A stretch of 39,189 nt of DNA, from NCBI GenBank assembly GCA_039208735.1, contig JBCCQY010000077.1:1-39189 (forward strand), given 5' to 3'. Of the stretch, positions 9,797 through 18,216 are shown in pieces. This DNA comes from Myxococcota bacterium (GTDB lineage Bacteria; Myxococcota_A; UBA796; GCA-2862545). The notes beneath the pieces are model-generated. The model was given only the letters and a program-made list of their open reading frames with translations. It did no database searches and had not been told where the DNA came from. Within the stretch, counting starts at the first letter, position 1. Each line of letters begins with the position of its first letter. The translations under genes were made by a program, and so were the position numbers.

Positions 9797-12112
9797 TCAG
9801 AACTGCACGCCCGCGAAGACGCCGGGCCACAGGCGCACGTTGGGCGTGTCGACGGCGAAACTCGGCGCAACACTGATGTCGGCGTCTTCGGGGAATGGCT
9901 GGACTGCGATCGAAGTGCCGGCAAACACCGCCAGCTGCTTCGCGATCTGGGCCCCGACGGTCAGGCGCCCTCGGGTCACGAAACTCACCGGGCGGTTGCC
10001 GGGCCAGCGGAACAGCCCATTGTCGCCAACGAAGCTGCTGGGCTGGATGTAGCTTTGGGCGATTCCGTCAATGTCGAGCCAGAGGCGCGAGATCGGGATG
10101 TGGGCGCCCCAGCCCAGACCAAGCCACGCGTGGTTGCCGGGCTGGCCGCCAAGGCCAAAGATGGTGTGAAAGTAGCGACTGCCCAGCTTGAAGTCAGCGT
10201 TGAGGAGATCGGTCTCCGAGGAGTAGACCAGCAAATCATGCCGCCCTTCTCGCTCGAAGGTCAGCAGCCCGATGGCCACCCCATCGATCTTCCGCGCCAC
10301 GTTGACAAGGCCGAGCTGGAACCCGCGAACATGGCGACCCACGTTGACGAGGCCCACCTGGGTGCCTCGAACGTCGCGGGCCACGTTGATTCCACCGAGC
10401 TGAAAGCCGCCCATGCGTTGGGCCACGTTAGCGCCGACCGTCGCCTGCATGCCGTTGACGTCGCCCGCCACGTTGGCCCCCACCGACCCCTGGAAGCCGT
10501 TCAGCTGGCCGCCAACAACGTTGACACCAACGGTGCTCTGGATGCCCGTGGCATCTTGGGTCGCGACATTGGCGCCGAGGCTCCATTGAATGCCCTCGAC
10601 TTGTCCTACGACGACGTTGCCACCGAGCGTGCCCTGCAGGCCTCGCAGGCTGCGATCGGCCACGTTGATGCCGAGCGACAGTTGACCGCCGTTGGCCTGA
10701 CCACGGACCCAATTGCCCCCGAGCGACAGTTGCGCGCCGTTTAGGTCGCCCCCTGCGATGTTGCCACCGAGCGTGATCTGGGCGCCCCGCGCCTGGCCAC
10801 GGGCCAAGTTGAAGCCCAACGAGGTTTGGGCCCCATCTACGTTTCCACCAACGATCGAGGTTCCAAGTGCGAAGTTGGTGCCATTTAGGTCATCGTCTAC
10901 GAGGGTCGCAGCGAGCGCGAAGGCCAGTCCATCGATGGCCTTCGAGCGTGTCACCACCCCGAAGAGCAGGGAGTCAGTCACGTCTCGAGGAGCCGGGGGC
11001 ACGCCAGGGGCCAACTCGAAGCGCAGGGTGCGTCGTTTCTTCTCGGGCTCCGCGGCGGCCACGGTGGCCACTGGCGCATCGCCACGGGCGACCGCTTCTT
11101 CTCCGTCGTACCAGACCAGATCGTCTGGCCCCACGATGGCGGTGGTTCCGACCTCAAGCTGGACTTGAGCCAGGGCGTAGCGACCGTCGGAGCGACGGCC
11201 GAACGTGATCTCGTAGGTTCCGGCCCCCAGGCCGAGTTCCACCACCCGACCTTCGGGCTTGATCAGCTCGGCGACGAGGTCACCATCCGAATCGCGGACC
11301 AAGGCTCGTCCGGCCAGGTCCTCATCCAAGGCGAGGCTCGCCGAGGTGAGGTGCAGGTCGGTGATGACCAGGTTGCCTTTGCCCGAAAGGTAGTTCGCAC
11401 GATTGGCGTGTTGGGGTCCAAACTGCGTGCGTTCTGTGAACGCCAGCGTCGTCTGGTAGGCAAAGGAGTAGGCCTCGTCGAGGGTCACACGGCCATCGCC
11501 GGATTGGTCCGCGGCGCCCCGAAGTCCGGTGGCCAGGGAGTGGGTAAAGTAGGATCCACCTACCTGTTCGGCTTCTTGGCTCACCTCGTCCGCCGCGCTC
11601 GACGTGAGGTAGGCGAAGCCCTCCATGTCATTGGACTGGTCGAACAGGAAGGGAGCGACGCGACGTCCGCCCTTGGTGCGGATCATCGCACCCGAGGAAC
11701 ATGAATCGAGAATCGCAACGCGCACATCGGCGGGTACCGCCTCGAGCGATGAGCGCAGATCGGCGTAGGGGTACCGGTCTTCGCCGAGAAGCAAGCCTTC
11801 TTCATCCGAATGCCCGGAGTAGTAGAAAAAGACCTCGGCTCGCTCGGTGCTGGTGGACACCGCGTCATGCAACGTGTCGAGCGCCGTGCGAAGGTCCTTG
11901 GCGGACGGGTCGTAGAGCACCGTGCGGTCGGTGACATCCACCCCTCCGAGTTCCGTGAGCACGCTGCCCATCGAGTCGGCATCCGTGTGAGCGTACCGGA
12001 GCGAGACCCGTTCCCCGCCCCCATCGTTGGCACCGACGAGCAGCGCGTACCGACGCACGGCATCGCTGGCTTGGGCAGGGTCGACCGACAACAACAACGC
12101 AAGGCCAATCAT
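9797..12112 (-). CDS. exported caspase-family (peptidase C14-like) protease with Ig/PEGA-like domain, beta-helix repeats and probable C-terminal outer-membrane beta-barrel
   Basis: Signal peptide ending AQA; RYALLVGAN; catalytic dyad FFYYSGHS and ILDSCSSG; GSYFTHSLxxGLRGAADxxGDGRVTLxEAY; GxQxxxGxN repeats; ends GVFAGVQF. Confidence 0.88.
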   Translation of the reverse strand: MIGLALLLSVDPAQASDAVRRYALLVGANDGGGERVSLRYAHTDADSMGSVLTELGGVDVTDRTVLYDPSAKDLRTALDTLHDAVSTSTERAEVFFYYSGHSDEEGLLLGEDRYPYADLRSSLEAVPADVRVAILDSCSSGAMIRTKGGRRVAPFLFDQSNDMEGFAYLTSSAADEVSQEAEQVGGSYFTHSLATGLRGAADQSGDGRVTLDEAYSFAYQTTLAFTERTQFGPQHANRANYLSGKGNLVITDLHLTSASLALDEDLAGRALVRDSDGDLVAELIKPEGRVVELGLGAGTYEITFGRRSDGRYALAQVQLEVGTTAIVGPDDLVWYDGEEAVARGDAPVATVAAAEPEKKRRTLRFELAPGVPPAPRDVTDSLLFGVVTRSKAIDGLAFALAATLVDDDLNGTNFALGTSIVGGNVDGAQTSLGFNLARGQARGAQITLGGNIAGGDLNGAQLSLGGNWVRGQANGGQLSLGINVADRSLRGLQGTLGGNVVVGQVEGIQWSLGANVATQDATGIQSTVGVNVVGGQLNGFQGSVGANVAGDVNGMQATVGANVAQRMGGFQLGGINVARDVRGTQVGLVNVGRHVRGFQLGLVNVARKIDGVAIGLLTFEREGRHDLLVYSSETDLLNADFKLGSRYFHTIFGLGGQPGNHAWLGLGWGAHIPISRLWLDIDGIAQSYIQPSSFVGDNGLFRWPGNRPVSFVTRGRLTVGAQIAKQLAVFAGTSIAVQPFPEDADISVAPSFAVDTPNVRLWPGVFAGVQF
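10262..10882 (-). repeat. about 13-14 tandem GxQxxxGxNV protein repeats (beta-solenoid)
   Basis: Examples: GAQITLGGNIAGGDLN, GAQLSLGGNWVRGQAN, GFQLGLVNVARKID. Confidence 0.85.
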
Positions 12113-12861
12113 GGGGACACCTTCTTGACGGTGAAGTCGGTCACCGAGGCTTGCTTCGAGACCTCGAGCCGGCCTCGCACTGGATTCTTGCTGGCGGCGA
12201 GTTCCTTGGCCGCGGTGACCACCTTTTCGAGGGACAGGGGCCGATCAGAGGTCACGAGGAAGAACCGCTCGAATTCCGGCGCATCGTCAAGTTCGTAGGC
12301 GTGGTCGAGGGTGTGGTGTCCCGGCTGCATGGCCGTGTCACGGTCGTCGGGGAAGTGCACCGTGACGGCCCCGCGACCATCGACCGACAGCAGCACCCCG
12401 TGCGTGGCGTCGCTGTTGTAGCCGAGCTGGAGTTCCGTGCCCTTGAAGAAGACTTCGCCGTCGGACACGTTTTCAAAGCCGCGCTTCGTGCGCTGGTACA
12501 CGAGCAGTTTGTCGTTGCCCTTCAGCCGGATGCCCGGATCCGCAGGGGTGTCGATCATCTCGGAGCCACGCGGAATCGCAATGATGAGGGCCGTCAGCGC
12601 GGCCAAAACGGGCACCGCGACCAACCAACCACGCCGCCGGGAGCGCTTGGCAACCGCATCGGCCGTGTTGGCAACGTGTAGCTTGCGCTCAATGGACTGC
12701 ACCTGTTCGCCTGCGTCGAAGGCCGCGTGGAAGGAGGCATCGGCCTCTCGTAGCGCCTCGAGCTTGGCCTTGGCTTTGGGGTCGGCATCGATGGCTTGCG
12801 CCATGGCTGCCGTGCCTTCGCCTAGGTGCACGCGCTCGATCCAGACGTCTGGGATGCTCAT
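12109..12861 (-). CDS. single-pass anti-sigma-like protein with periplasmic Ig-like (DUF4384-like) domain
   Basis: ERVHLGE N-terminal helical domain, basic stretch then TM helix, GIRLKG, LLSVDGRGAVTVHFP, AYELDDAPEFERFFLV. ATGA overlaps with the sigma and caspase genes. Confidence 0.75.
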   Translation of the reverse strand: MSIPDVWIERVHLGEGTAAMAQAIDADPKAKAKLEALREADASFHAAFDAGEQVQSIERKLHVANTADAVAKRSRRRGWLVAVPVLAALTALIIAIPRGSEMIDTPADPGIRLKGNDKLLVYQRTKRGFENVSDGEVFFKGTELQLGYNSDATHGVLLSVDGRGAVTVHFPDDRDTAMQPGHHTLDHAYELDDAPEFERFFLVTSDRPLSLEKVVTAAKELAASKNPVRGRLEVSKQASVTDFTVKKVSP

Positions 12862-13340
12862 GCGACCTCCTTCAATTCGGCCACGTGGGCCTTGAGCAAG
12901 CGCAACCGCTTGCGGACCCCCGACACAGAGAGGCCGACCTCGTCCGCGACCTCCTGTAGGGTCATGCCGTCGATCAAGTGCATCACGGCCATCTCCTTGG
13001 TGTTGGGCAGCTCTCTCGCGAAAACCCGTTCGAGCACCACCGCCGACAGACTCCGGTCCTCCGCCACCGGCGCATTCGCAATGCGCTCGACGAGCTCGGT
13101 ATTGGCGTCTTGGGGGCGGCGTTTCTTGCTGCGGATCCGATTCAGACAGACGTTGGTGGCCGTGCGGTAGAGGAACGACGAAGGTGACTTCACCTCGAGC
13201 GAGTCAGCGCGGCGGCACACTTCGACAAAGACGTCTTGCATTGCTTCGACGGCCTCCTCGTCCTGACGCAACAACGCCTTGCACCGCCGATGCACCATGG
13301 GTGCATAGCGCTGGTACAAGCTTTGGATGTCGACACCCAT
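12858..13340 (-). CDS. ECF (sigma-70 family) RNA polymerase sigma factor
   Basis: Region 2 EAVEAMQDVF...FLYRTATNVCLNRIR; region 4 HTH MTLQEVADEVGLSVSGVRKRL; 160 aa. Confidence 0.93.
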   Translation of the reverse strand: MGVDIQSLYQRYAPMVHRRCKALLRQDEEAVEAMQDVFVEVCRRADSLEVKSPSSFLYRTATNVCLNRIRSKKRRPQDANTELVERIANAPVAEDRSLSAVVLERVFARELPNTKEMAVMHLIDGMTLQEVADEVGLSVSGVRKRLRLLKAHVAELKEVA

Positions 13341-13380
13341 TCGGTCTCCGGTTGCGCTCGGTGTCCGGGTTCAACGCTGG

Positions 13381-13407
13381 GACACCAAGGCTCCGGCGAA
13401 GTGTCAC
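13381..13407 (-). promoter_or_regulatory. candidate ECF-type autoregulatory promoter
   Basis: Minus strand GTGACA-N17-TGTC ending 40 nt upstream of the sigma ATG. The spacing is ECF-like but the motif is unverified. Confidence 0.3.
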
Positions 13408-14579
13408 CCACCCGAGTCGATTGCAAACGCGACGTTTGAGCGCAGTCCGGCGGAGACGTAGCGCTGAAGCACGTCAGCGGTGCGTAAGGTTGCGGGGTCG
13501 AGCCAGCTGCGGACCGCGGTGACCAGCGCGTCGGGGTCGGACCAATCGAGGTCCAGCTCGCTCGCGATGCGTCCGAGCAGTCGATGCCGATCTCGAGAGG
13601 ATAGGCCGCTCAGCGGACGATCGTGGGTCACAAAGACCAACCCTTCGAGCACATCGCCCGTCGCAGCATCGCGCTCCAGACCCTCGAAGCTCTCGCGGGT
13701 GAAGGTGAAGCCCGCCTCGGTCACCGGACCTCGAAAGTGGCCGTCGGCATAGCGCTGGGTTCGGTACGCTTCGGGGCTGTAGCGTGCTTCGAGGCCGTGC
13801 AGCCAGGCAAGGTTCTCCTGACGCAGAGCAAATCCATGCGCGAGATCGTCTGGATTGCGCTTGAATTCCACCATGGCCAACACCCGTGTCGGGTTCTTCA
13901 TCGTGGCCTCGACCACCAGTCCGTCCCATTCGCCACGCGCACAACCCAAGGTCACGCCGCGAAGCAGTTGGGGGGTGTGTCCGTCGGACCGCAGGCGGGG
14001 GAGCAGGGTCGCCTCGAGGGTGGTGGCGCCGTGGTCCTCGAACCTTCGGCCCGCTCGGCCGGTTCCTCGTCCTCGAGCCTGTTCGAGGGCGCGCAGTTCG
14101 GCCCGCTTTTCGTGGAGGCCCGTGGCGGACGCGCCCTTATCGACCTGCTGCCGGACTTCTTGCACCATCGCGCGGGTGGGACTGGCTGCCTCTTGACGTG
14201 CGAGCTTGGCCTTGAGGGCTTCGACATCTTGCTCGTACCGCACGAGTTTGGCTTCGTCGTCCGACCGGCCTTCGATGACGGCCATCGTGAGCCCCTCGAC
14301 GGCACGTTCCGCGCCGCGAAGAAGGCGGGCCGTTTGTTCGAGTTCTTCGTGCAGTGGACTCGCTCGGTCGGCCTTCTCTGCTTCGGTCAGCCGGGCTCGG
14401 GCGGCCACCAACTCGGGATGGTCCCGCCAGATCGATCGAATCTCGAGTCGCAGTCGAAAGGACTCGTCGTAAAGGGCACGACAGACCAGTCCCGTCAGCC
14501 AGTCGAGAAATGCATCGTCGGCCAACGTGGCCGGATTTCCGGGGTCTGAGGAGAGCAGTTGGGCGATAGGATCGGTCAT
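13404..14579 (-). CDS. coiled-coil protein with C-terminal PD-(D/E)XK nuclease-like domain
   Basis: Helical A/E/R/L-rich N-half; GRRFE...GEWDGLVV...MVEFKRN match restriction-endonuclease motifs I-III. Confidence 0.6.
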   Translation of the reverse strand: MTDPIAQLLSSDPGNPATLADDAFLDWLTGLVCRALYDESFRLRLEIRSIWRDHPELVAARARLTEAEKADRASPLHEELEQTARLLRGAERAVEGLTMAVIEGRSDDEAKLVRYEQDVEALKAKLARQEAASPTRAMVQEVRQQVDKGASATGLHEKRAELRALEQARGRGTGRAGRRFEDHGATTLEATLLPRLRSDGHTPQLLRGVTLGCARGEWDGLVVEATMKNPTRVLAMVEFKRNPDDLAHGFALRQENLAWLHGLEARYSPEAYRTQRYADGHFRGPVTEAGFTFTRESFEGLERDAATGDVLEGLVFVTHDRPLSGLSSRDRHRLLGRIASELDLDWSDPDALVTAVRSWLDPATLRTADVLQRYVSAGLRSNVAFAIDSGG

Positions 14580-15937
14580 TCAGGCGGACTCGGGAAGAGC
14601 TTCGAGAATAGACCGGCGATGAACCCGAGCACCAGGTAGCTCGACAACATTTCCGCCAGCAGGACCCCCCGGCCAAACGTGTCGTTGCCGCGATCGAGCA
14701 GGAAGTCCAAGGTGACGAACACGCCGAAGCTGTCGGCAAGATGGTCGATGAACGTCGGGTTTTCGTGACCAAAGTCGAACGAGCCGGGCTGCCACGCCAT
14801 GAGAAGCGCAAACAGCAAGATCAACGCGATGCACCAAATGACCGGGAGCCAGTTGGCCTTGCCGTTCCCAAGGAGGATCGTCCAGAGGAAGCCTAAGACC
14901 GGCCGAGTGCGACGGAAGTGCTGGATGGTCATGTCATGGGCGCAGCGGTTCACCTGAACCCGGAAAGGCCAGTTCGTCGCAAAGTCGATGCCGGTCGTGC
15001 GGGTGCCTTCGAGGTTGGTCGTGCGATCGACCTCGGCGCCGGTGACATCGCCGCCGGTGAGATCGGCACCACGGAAGTCCGCCCCCCGAAGGTCCGCCGA
15101 TCGGAAGCTCGCGCGGGTCAGATCGGCCCCGGCCAGGACGGACCCGGCGAACTTTGCCCCAGTGAAGTTGGCGTTTTCAAGCAGCGCACGAGAGAAATCC
15201 GTTTCGGAGAACGTCGCCTCCAAGAATCGCGTGTTGGCCAGTTGGGCCTGGCGCAGTCGGCACTTCACGAGCTGGGCCTGGTCGAAGTTGCTGTGCTCGA
15301 ACTGCGCATCGTCGAAGTCGGTGTGCTGCATTTGGGCTTCTGAAAAGTCGACGTCTTGCAGCAGCGCCCCCTCGAACGACGTGCCCCATACATACGCCCC
15401 CTTGGCCTCGACTTGGCGCCAGCGCACCTGCTTGAGCTTGGACCGTTCCAGCTTGACGTTTTCGAGGTTTCCATTGAAGGACGCGCCGTAAACGCGGCAG
15501 CGCAGGAAGTGGGCGCCGGTCAGGTTGACCTCGTTGAAATGGGTGCGGCGCAGCTTGCATTCGGTAAACGCCGCATCCTCGAGGTTGGCACCACGAAAGT
15601 CGGCATCTTGAGCATCGAGCTGCTCGACCGCAAAGCCCTTCATGTTCGCCTTGGCGAATCGAGTCCGGCGGGCTTGGGCCCCCGACATCCACGTCTTGGT
15701 CAGGAACGTGCCCTCGAGGTTGCAATCCGAAAGGTCGGCTCCTTCGAAGTGGGTCTCATAGAGCTTGGCCCGGGTCAGATCACTGCCCTTGAAATCGCCT
15801 TCGCGAAGGTCGAGCCGAGACAGATCAATGTGCGACAAATCGAGGAACGTGAAGTCGCGGTCGCCGGTCGCGTAGCGGTCTTCGATCTCCTCGCGGGTCA
15901 TCTTGGGGCGAACGGCGTCGGGGGCAGGTTGGGCCAT
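14576..15937 (-). CDS. pentapeptide-repeat protein with C-terminal two-TM pore-loop (K+-channel-like) domain
   Basis: Long A(D/N)(L/F)xx repeats such as GADLTRASFRSADLRGADFRGADLT; TM, then DHLADSFGVFVTLDF pore-helix-like segment, then GRGVLLAEMLSSYLVLGFIAG TM. Confidence 0.85.
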   Translation of the reverse strand: MAQPAPDAVRPKMTREEIEDRYATGDRDFTFLDLSHIDLSRLDLREGDFKGSDLTRAKLYETHFEGADLSDCNLEGTFLTKTWMSGAQARRTRFAKANMKGFAVEQLDAQDADFRGANLEDAAFTECKLRRTHFNEVNLTGAHFLRCRVYGASFNGNLENVKLERSKLKQVRWRQVEAKGAYVWGTSFEGALLQDVDFSEAQMQHTDFDDAQFEHSNFDQAQLVKCRLRQAQLANTRFLEATFSETDFSRALLENANFTGAKFAGSVLAGADLTRASFRSADLRGADFRGADLTGGDVTGAEVDRTTNLEGTRTTGIDFATNWPFRVQVNRCAHDMTIQHFRRTRPVLGFLWTILLGNGKANWLPVIWCIALILLFALLMAWQPGSFDFGHENPTFIDHLADSFGVFVTLDFLLDRGNDTFGRGVLLAEMLSSYLVLGFIAGLFSKLFPSPPE

Positions 15938-16022
15938 GGCCTTTGGCTCCGGGGCAGGGAACGTCCACTAATCGTCGAGAGCCCAGCTGCCCTCCTGGTC
16001 GTCGCGACAGCGTGGGTCAAGA

Positions 16023-16040
16023 TCTTGCGCAGACGCAAGA
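16023..16040. promoter_or_regulatory. palindromic operator candidate in the divergent pentapeptide/pirin intergenic region
   Basis: TCTTGCG-CAGA-CGCAAGA, a perfect 7-4-7 inverted repeat containing T-N11-A (LysR-like). Confidence 0.35.
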
Positions 16041-16117
16041 CGGTTTCGCATCCGTGGCGGTACGCATGCCCTGATGCAGTGCTTACCCTTTGGACAACGA
16101 CGAACCACGGAGCGACC

Positions 16118-16810
16118 ATGCAGATGGAAATTCGCCGAGCGAAGGATCGCGGACATGCCGACCACGGCTGGTTGGACACCAACCACACGTTCAGCTTCGC
16201 CGGGTACTACGATCCGCGCTTCATGGGCTTTGGTGCCTTGCGCGTGATCAATGAGGACCGCGTCTCGGGAGGCCGCGGCTTTGGTACCCACCCCCACCGC
16301 GACATGGAGATCATCTCGTACGTGGTGGACGGGGCCCTGGAGCACCGCGACACCATCGGAACGGGCTCGGTCATCCGCCCCGGGGAGGTGCAGGTGATGA
16401 GCGCGGGGACGGGGGTGGCCCACAGCGAGTTCAATCATCACACCGACCAAGACGTTCACTTCCTGCAGATCTGGGTGCTTCCCCGCAACGCAGGCAATAC
16501 GCCCCGCTACGACCAGAAGACCTTTGAGACCGGCGGCTCGCCTGCGACGTTGGTGGTGAGTGCCGACGGCCGCGACGGGTCGTTGCAGATCGACCAGGAC
16601 GTTGACCTGCACCGAGTCCTGTTGGACGAAGGCCAGCGTCACGACTTGCCGTTGCGCCACGCGCGAAGCTGGGTCCAGGTGATCGCCGGTGAGCTGGTGG
16701 TGAATGACGCGGTGTTGAAGCCAGGCGACGGTCTGGCTGTCGTCGACGCCGAACGCCTCACGCTTCAGGCCAACGAAGCAGCTCACGCACTCGTTTTCGA
16801 CCTCGAATAA
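16118..16810 (+). CDS. pirin family protein (YhhW-like)
   Basis: RGHADHGWLDTNHTFSFA, LRVINED, FGTHPHRDMEI, MSAGTGVAHSE and LQIW motifs; GGAG RBS. The upstream part of the track ORF is antisense shadow. Confidence 0.95.
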   Translation: MQMEIRRAKDRGHADHGWLDTNHTFSFAGYYDPRFMGFGALRVINEDRVSGGRGFGTHPHRDMEIISYVVDGALEHRDTIGTGSVIRPGEVQVMSAGTGVAHSEFNHHTDQDVHFLQIWVLPRNAGNTPRYDQKTFETGGSPATLVVSADGRDGSLQIDQDVDLHRVLLDEGQRHDLPLRHARSWVQVIAGELVVNDAVLKPGDGLAVVDAERLTLQANEAAHALVFDLE

Positions 16811-16825
16811 GCCAAGGAGTCAGCC

Positions 16826-18115
16826 ATGTCCGAGCCCCTGCGCTACCAGACCGGATTCGGGAACCACCTTGCCTCGGAGGCGGTGCCCGGCACCATCCCG
16901 CCTCGCGGCAACACCCCCAAGGAGGTTCCGCACGGCCTCATCGCCGAGCAAATCAACGGTACGGGATTCACCGCCGAACGACGGGCGAACCAACGGACGT
17001 GGCTCTACCGGCTTCGTCCCGCCATTCACACCGGGCCGTTCAAGGCGGTGGCGGCGCCCGGGCGCTTCACCGGTCGGTTCCACGATGCGGTGCCAACCCC
17101 CGAGCCGATGCGCTTCAAACCGACGCCGTTGCCCACCGGGGACGTTGATTTTCTGGACGGAATCCAGACCTTTGCAGGGGCGGGGGACCCGGCATTGCGG
17201 CAGGGCATGGCGATTCACGTGTTCTCGGCCAATCAAGACATGACGCGGGTGTTTTCGAACATCGACGGTGACTTGTTGATCGCTCCGGAACAGGGCGCGG
17301 TCCGAATCCAGAGTGAGCTGGGCTTTCTCGAGGCTCGCCCTGGCGAAATCATCACCATTCCCCGAGGCATCCGCTTTTCGGTGAGCCTTCCCGACGGCCC
17401 GACGCGTGGCTTCATCGCCGAGTTGTTCGAGGGCCACTTTCAGCTGCCCGAGCGAGGCGTGATTGGAGCAAATGGTCTGGCCGACGAACGACACTTCCGG
17501 GCCCCGGTGGCGGCCTATGAAGACCGAACCGATCCGGTCACCATCGTCGTAAAGCAGGGGGGACGATTCTTTGAGAACATCGCTCCCCACTCACCGTTCG
17601 ACGTGGTGGCGTGGCATGGGCGATATGCCCCGTTTGTCTACGATTTGCGGATGTTCATGTCGTACGGCTCGGTGAGTTTCGATCACCCGGACCCGTCGGT
17701 GCTCACCGTGCTTACCGCACCCCAGGACGACCACGGCAACAACGCTATCGACGTGGGGGTATTCCTGGGGCGTTGGGACCCCACGGAAGACACCTTCCGC
17801 CCACCCTATTTTCACCGGAATGCCGCGGCCGAATTCAACGCGGTCATTGCATCGCCCCATACGAAGGGCCCTTACCCTGCAGGAGCCTTCAGCTACACGC
17901 CCAACCTCACGCCCCATGGGGTGAGTCCGGCGTCGCATCGCGGGGCTTCTAAAGCCTCGGATGACCCGGTGCGAGGCTCCGATCGGAGCATCTGGTTGCA
18001 ATTCGAGAGCACCTACACGCTGTCGGTATTGCCCGAGTTCCTCGAGAGCCCCCAGCGCGACACCGAGTTTTTGTCGACGTTCGAAGGGTATGCAACGGGC
18101 GATCTCGCCCCGTGA
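16826..18115 (+). CDS. hmgA: homogentisate 1,2-dioxygenase
   Basis: YQTGFGN, TWLYRLRP, GANGLA, SPFDVVAWHG, FDHPDPS, FRPPYFHRN..E and TPHG (Fe ligands). Confidence 0.93.
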   Translation: MSEPLRYQTGFGNHLASEAVPGTIPPRGNTPKEVPHGLIAEQINGTGFTAERRANQRTWLYRLRPAIHTGPFKAVAAPGRFTGRFHDAVPTPEPMRFKPTPLPTGDVDFLDGIQTFAGAGDPALRQGMAIHVFSANQDMTRVFSNIDGDLLIAPEQGAVRIQSELGFLEARPGEIITIPRGIRFSVSLPDGPTRGFIAELFEGHFQLPERGVIGANGLADERHFRAPVAAYEDRTDPVTIVVKQGGRFFENIAPHSPFDVVAWHGRYAPFVYDLRMFMSYGSVSFDHPDPSVLTVLTAPQDDHGNNAIDVGVFLGRWDPTEDTFRPPYFHRNAAAEFNAVIASPHTKGPYPAGAFSYTPNLTPHGVSPASHRGASKASDDPVRGSDRSIWLQFESTYTLSVLPEFLESPQRDTEFLSTFEGYATGDLAP

Positions 18116-18216
18116 TGCATGATTCGGTAGCGAAGATGGCAATTGTCGAGGGGCCCTCTGCGTAGAGAGATACGAACCCCCGCCTGGGCCGCTCGTGGCC
18201 CGCTGGAGAAGACGAC

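Noticed and set aside
10262..10882. Periodic DNA repeats (CCACGTTG...) suggestive of a CRISPR array
   Set aside because: Degenerate, codon-phased protein repeats without identical direct repeats or unique spacers; no cas genes
15356..16117. N-terminal extension making pirin a 484-aa fusion
   Set aside because: Antisense to the pentapeptide gene; the real start with RBS is at 16118
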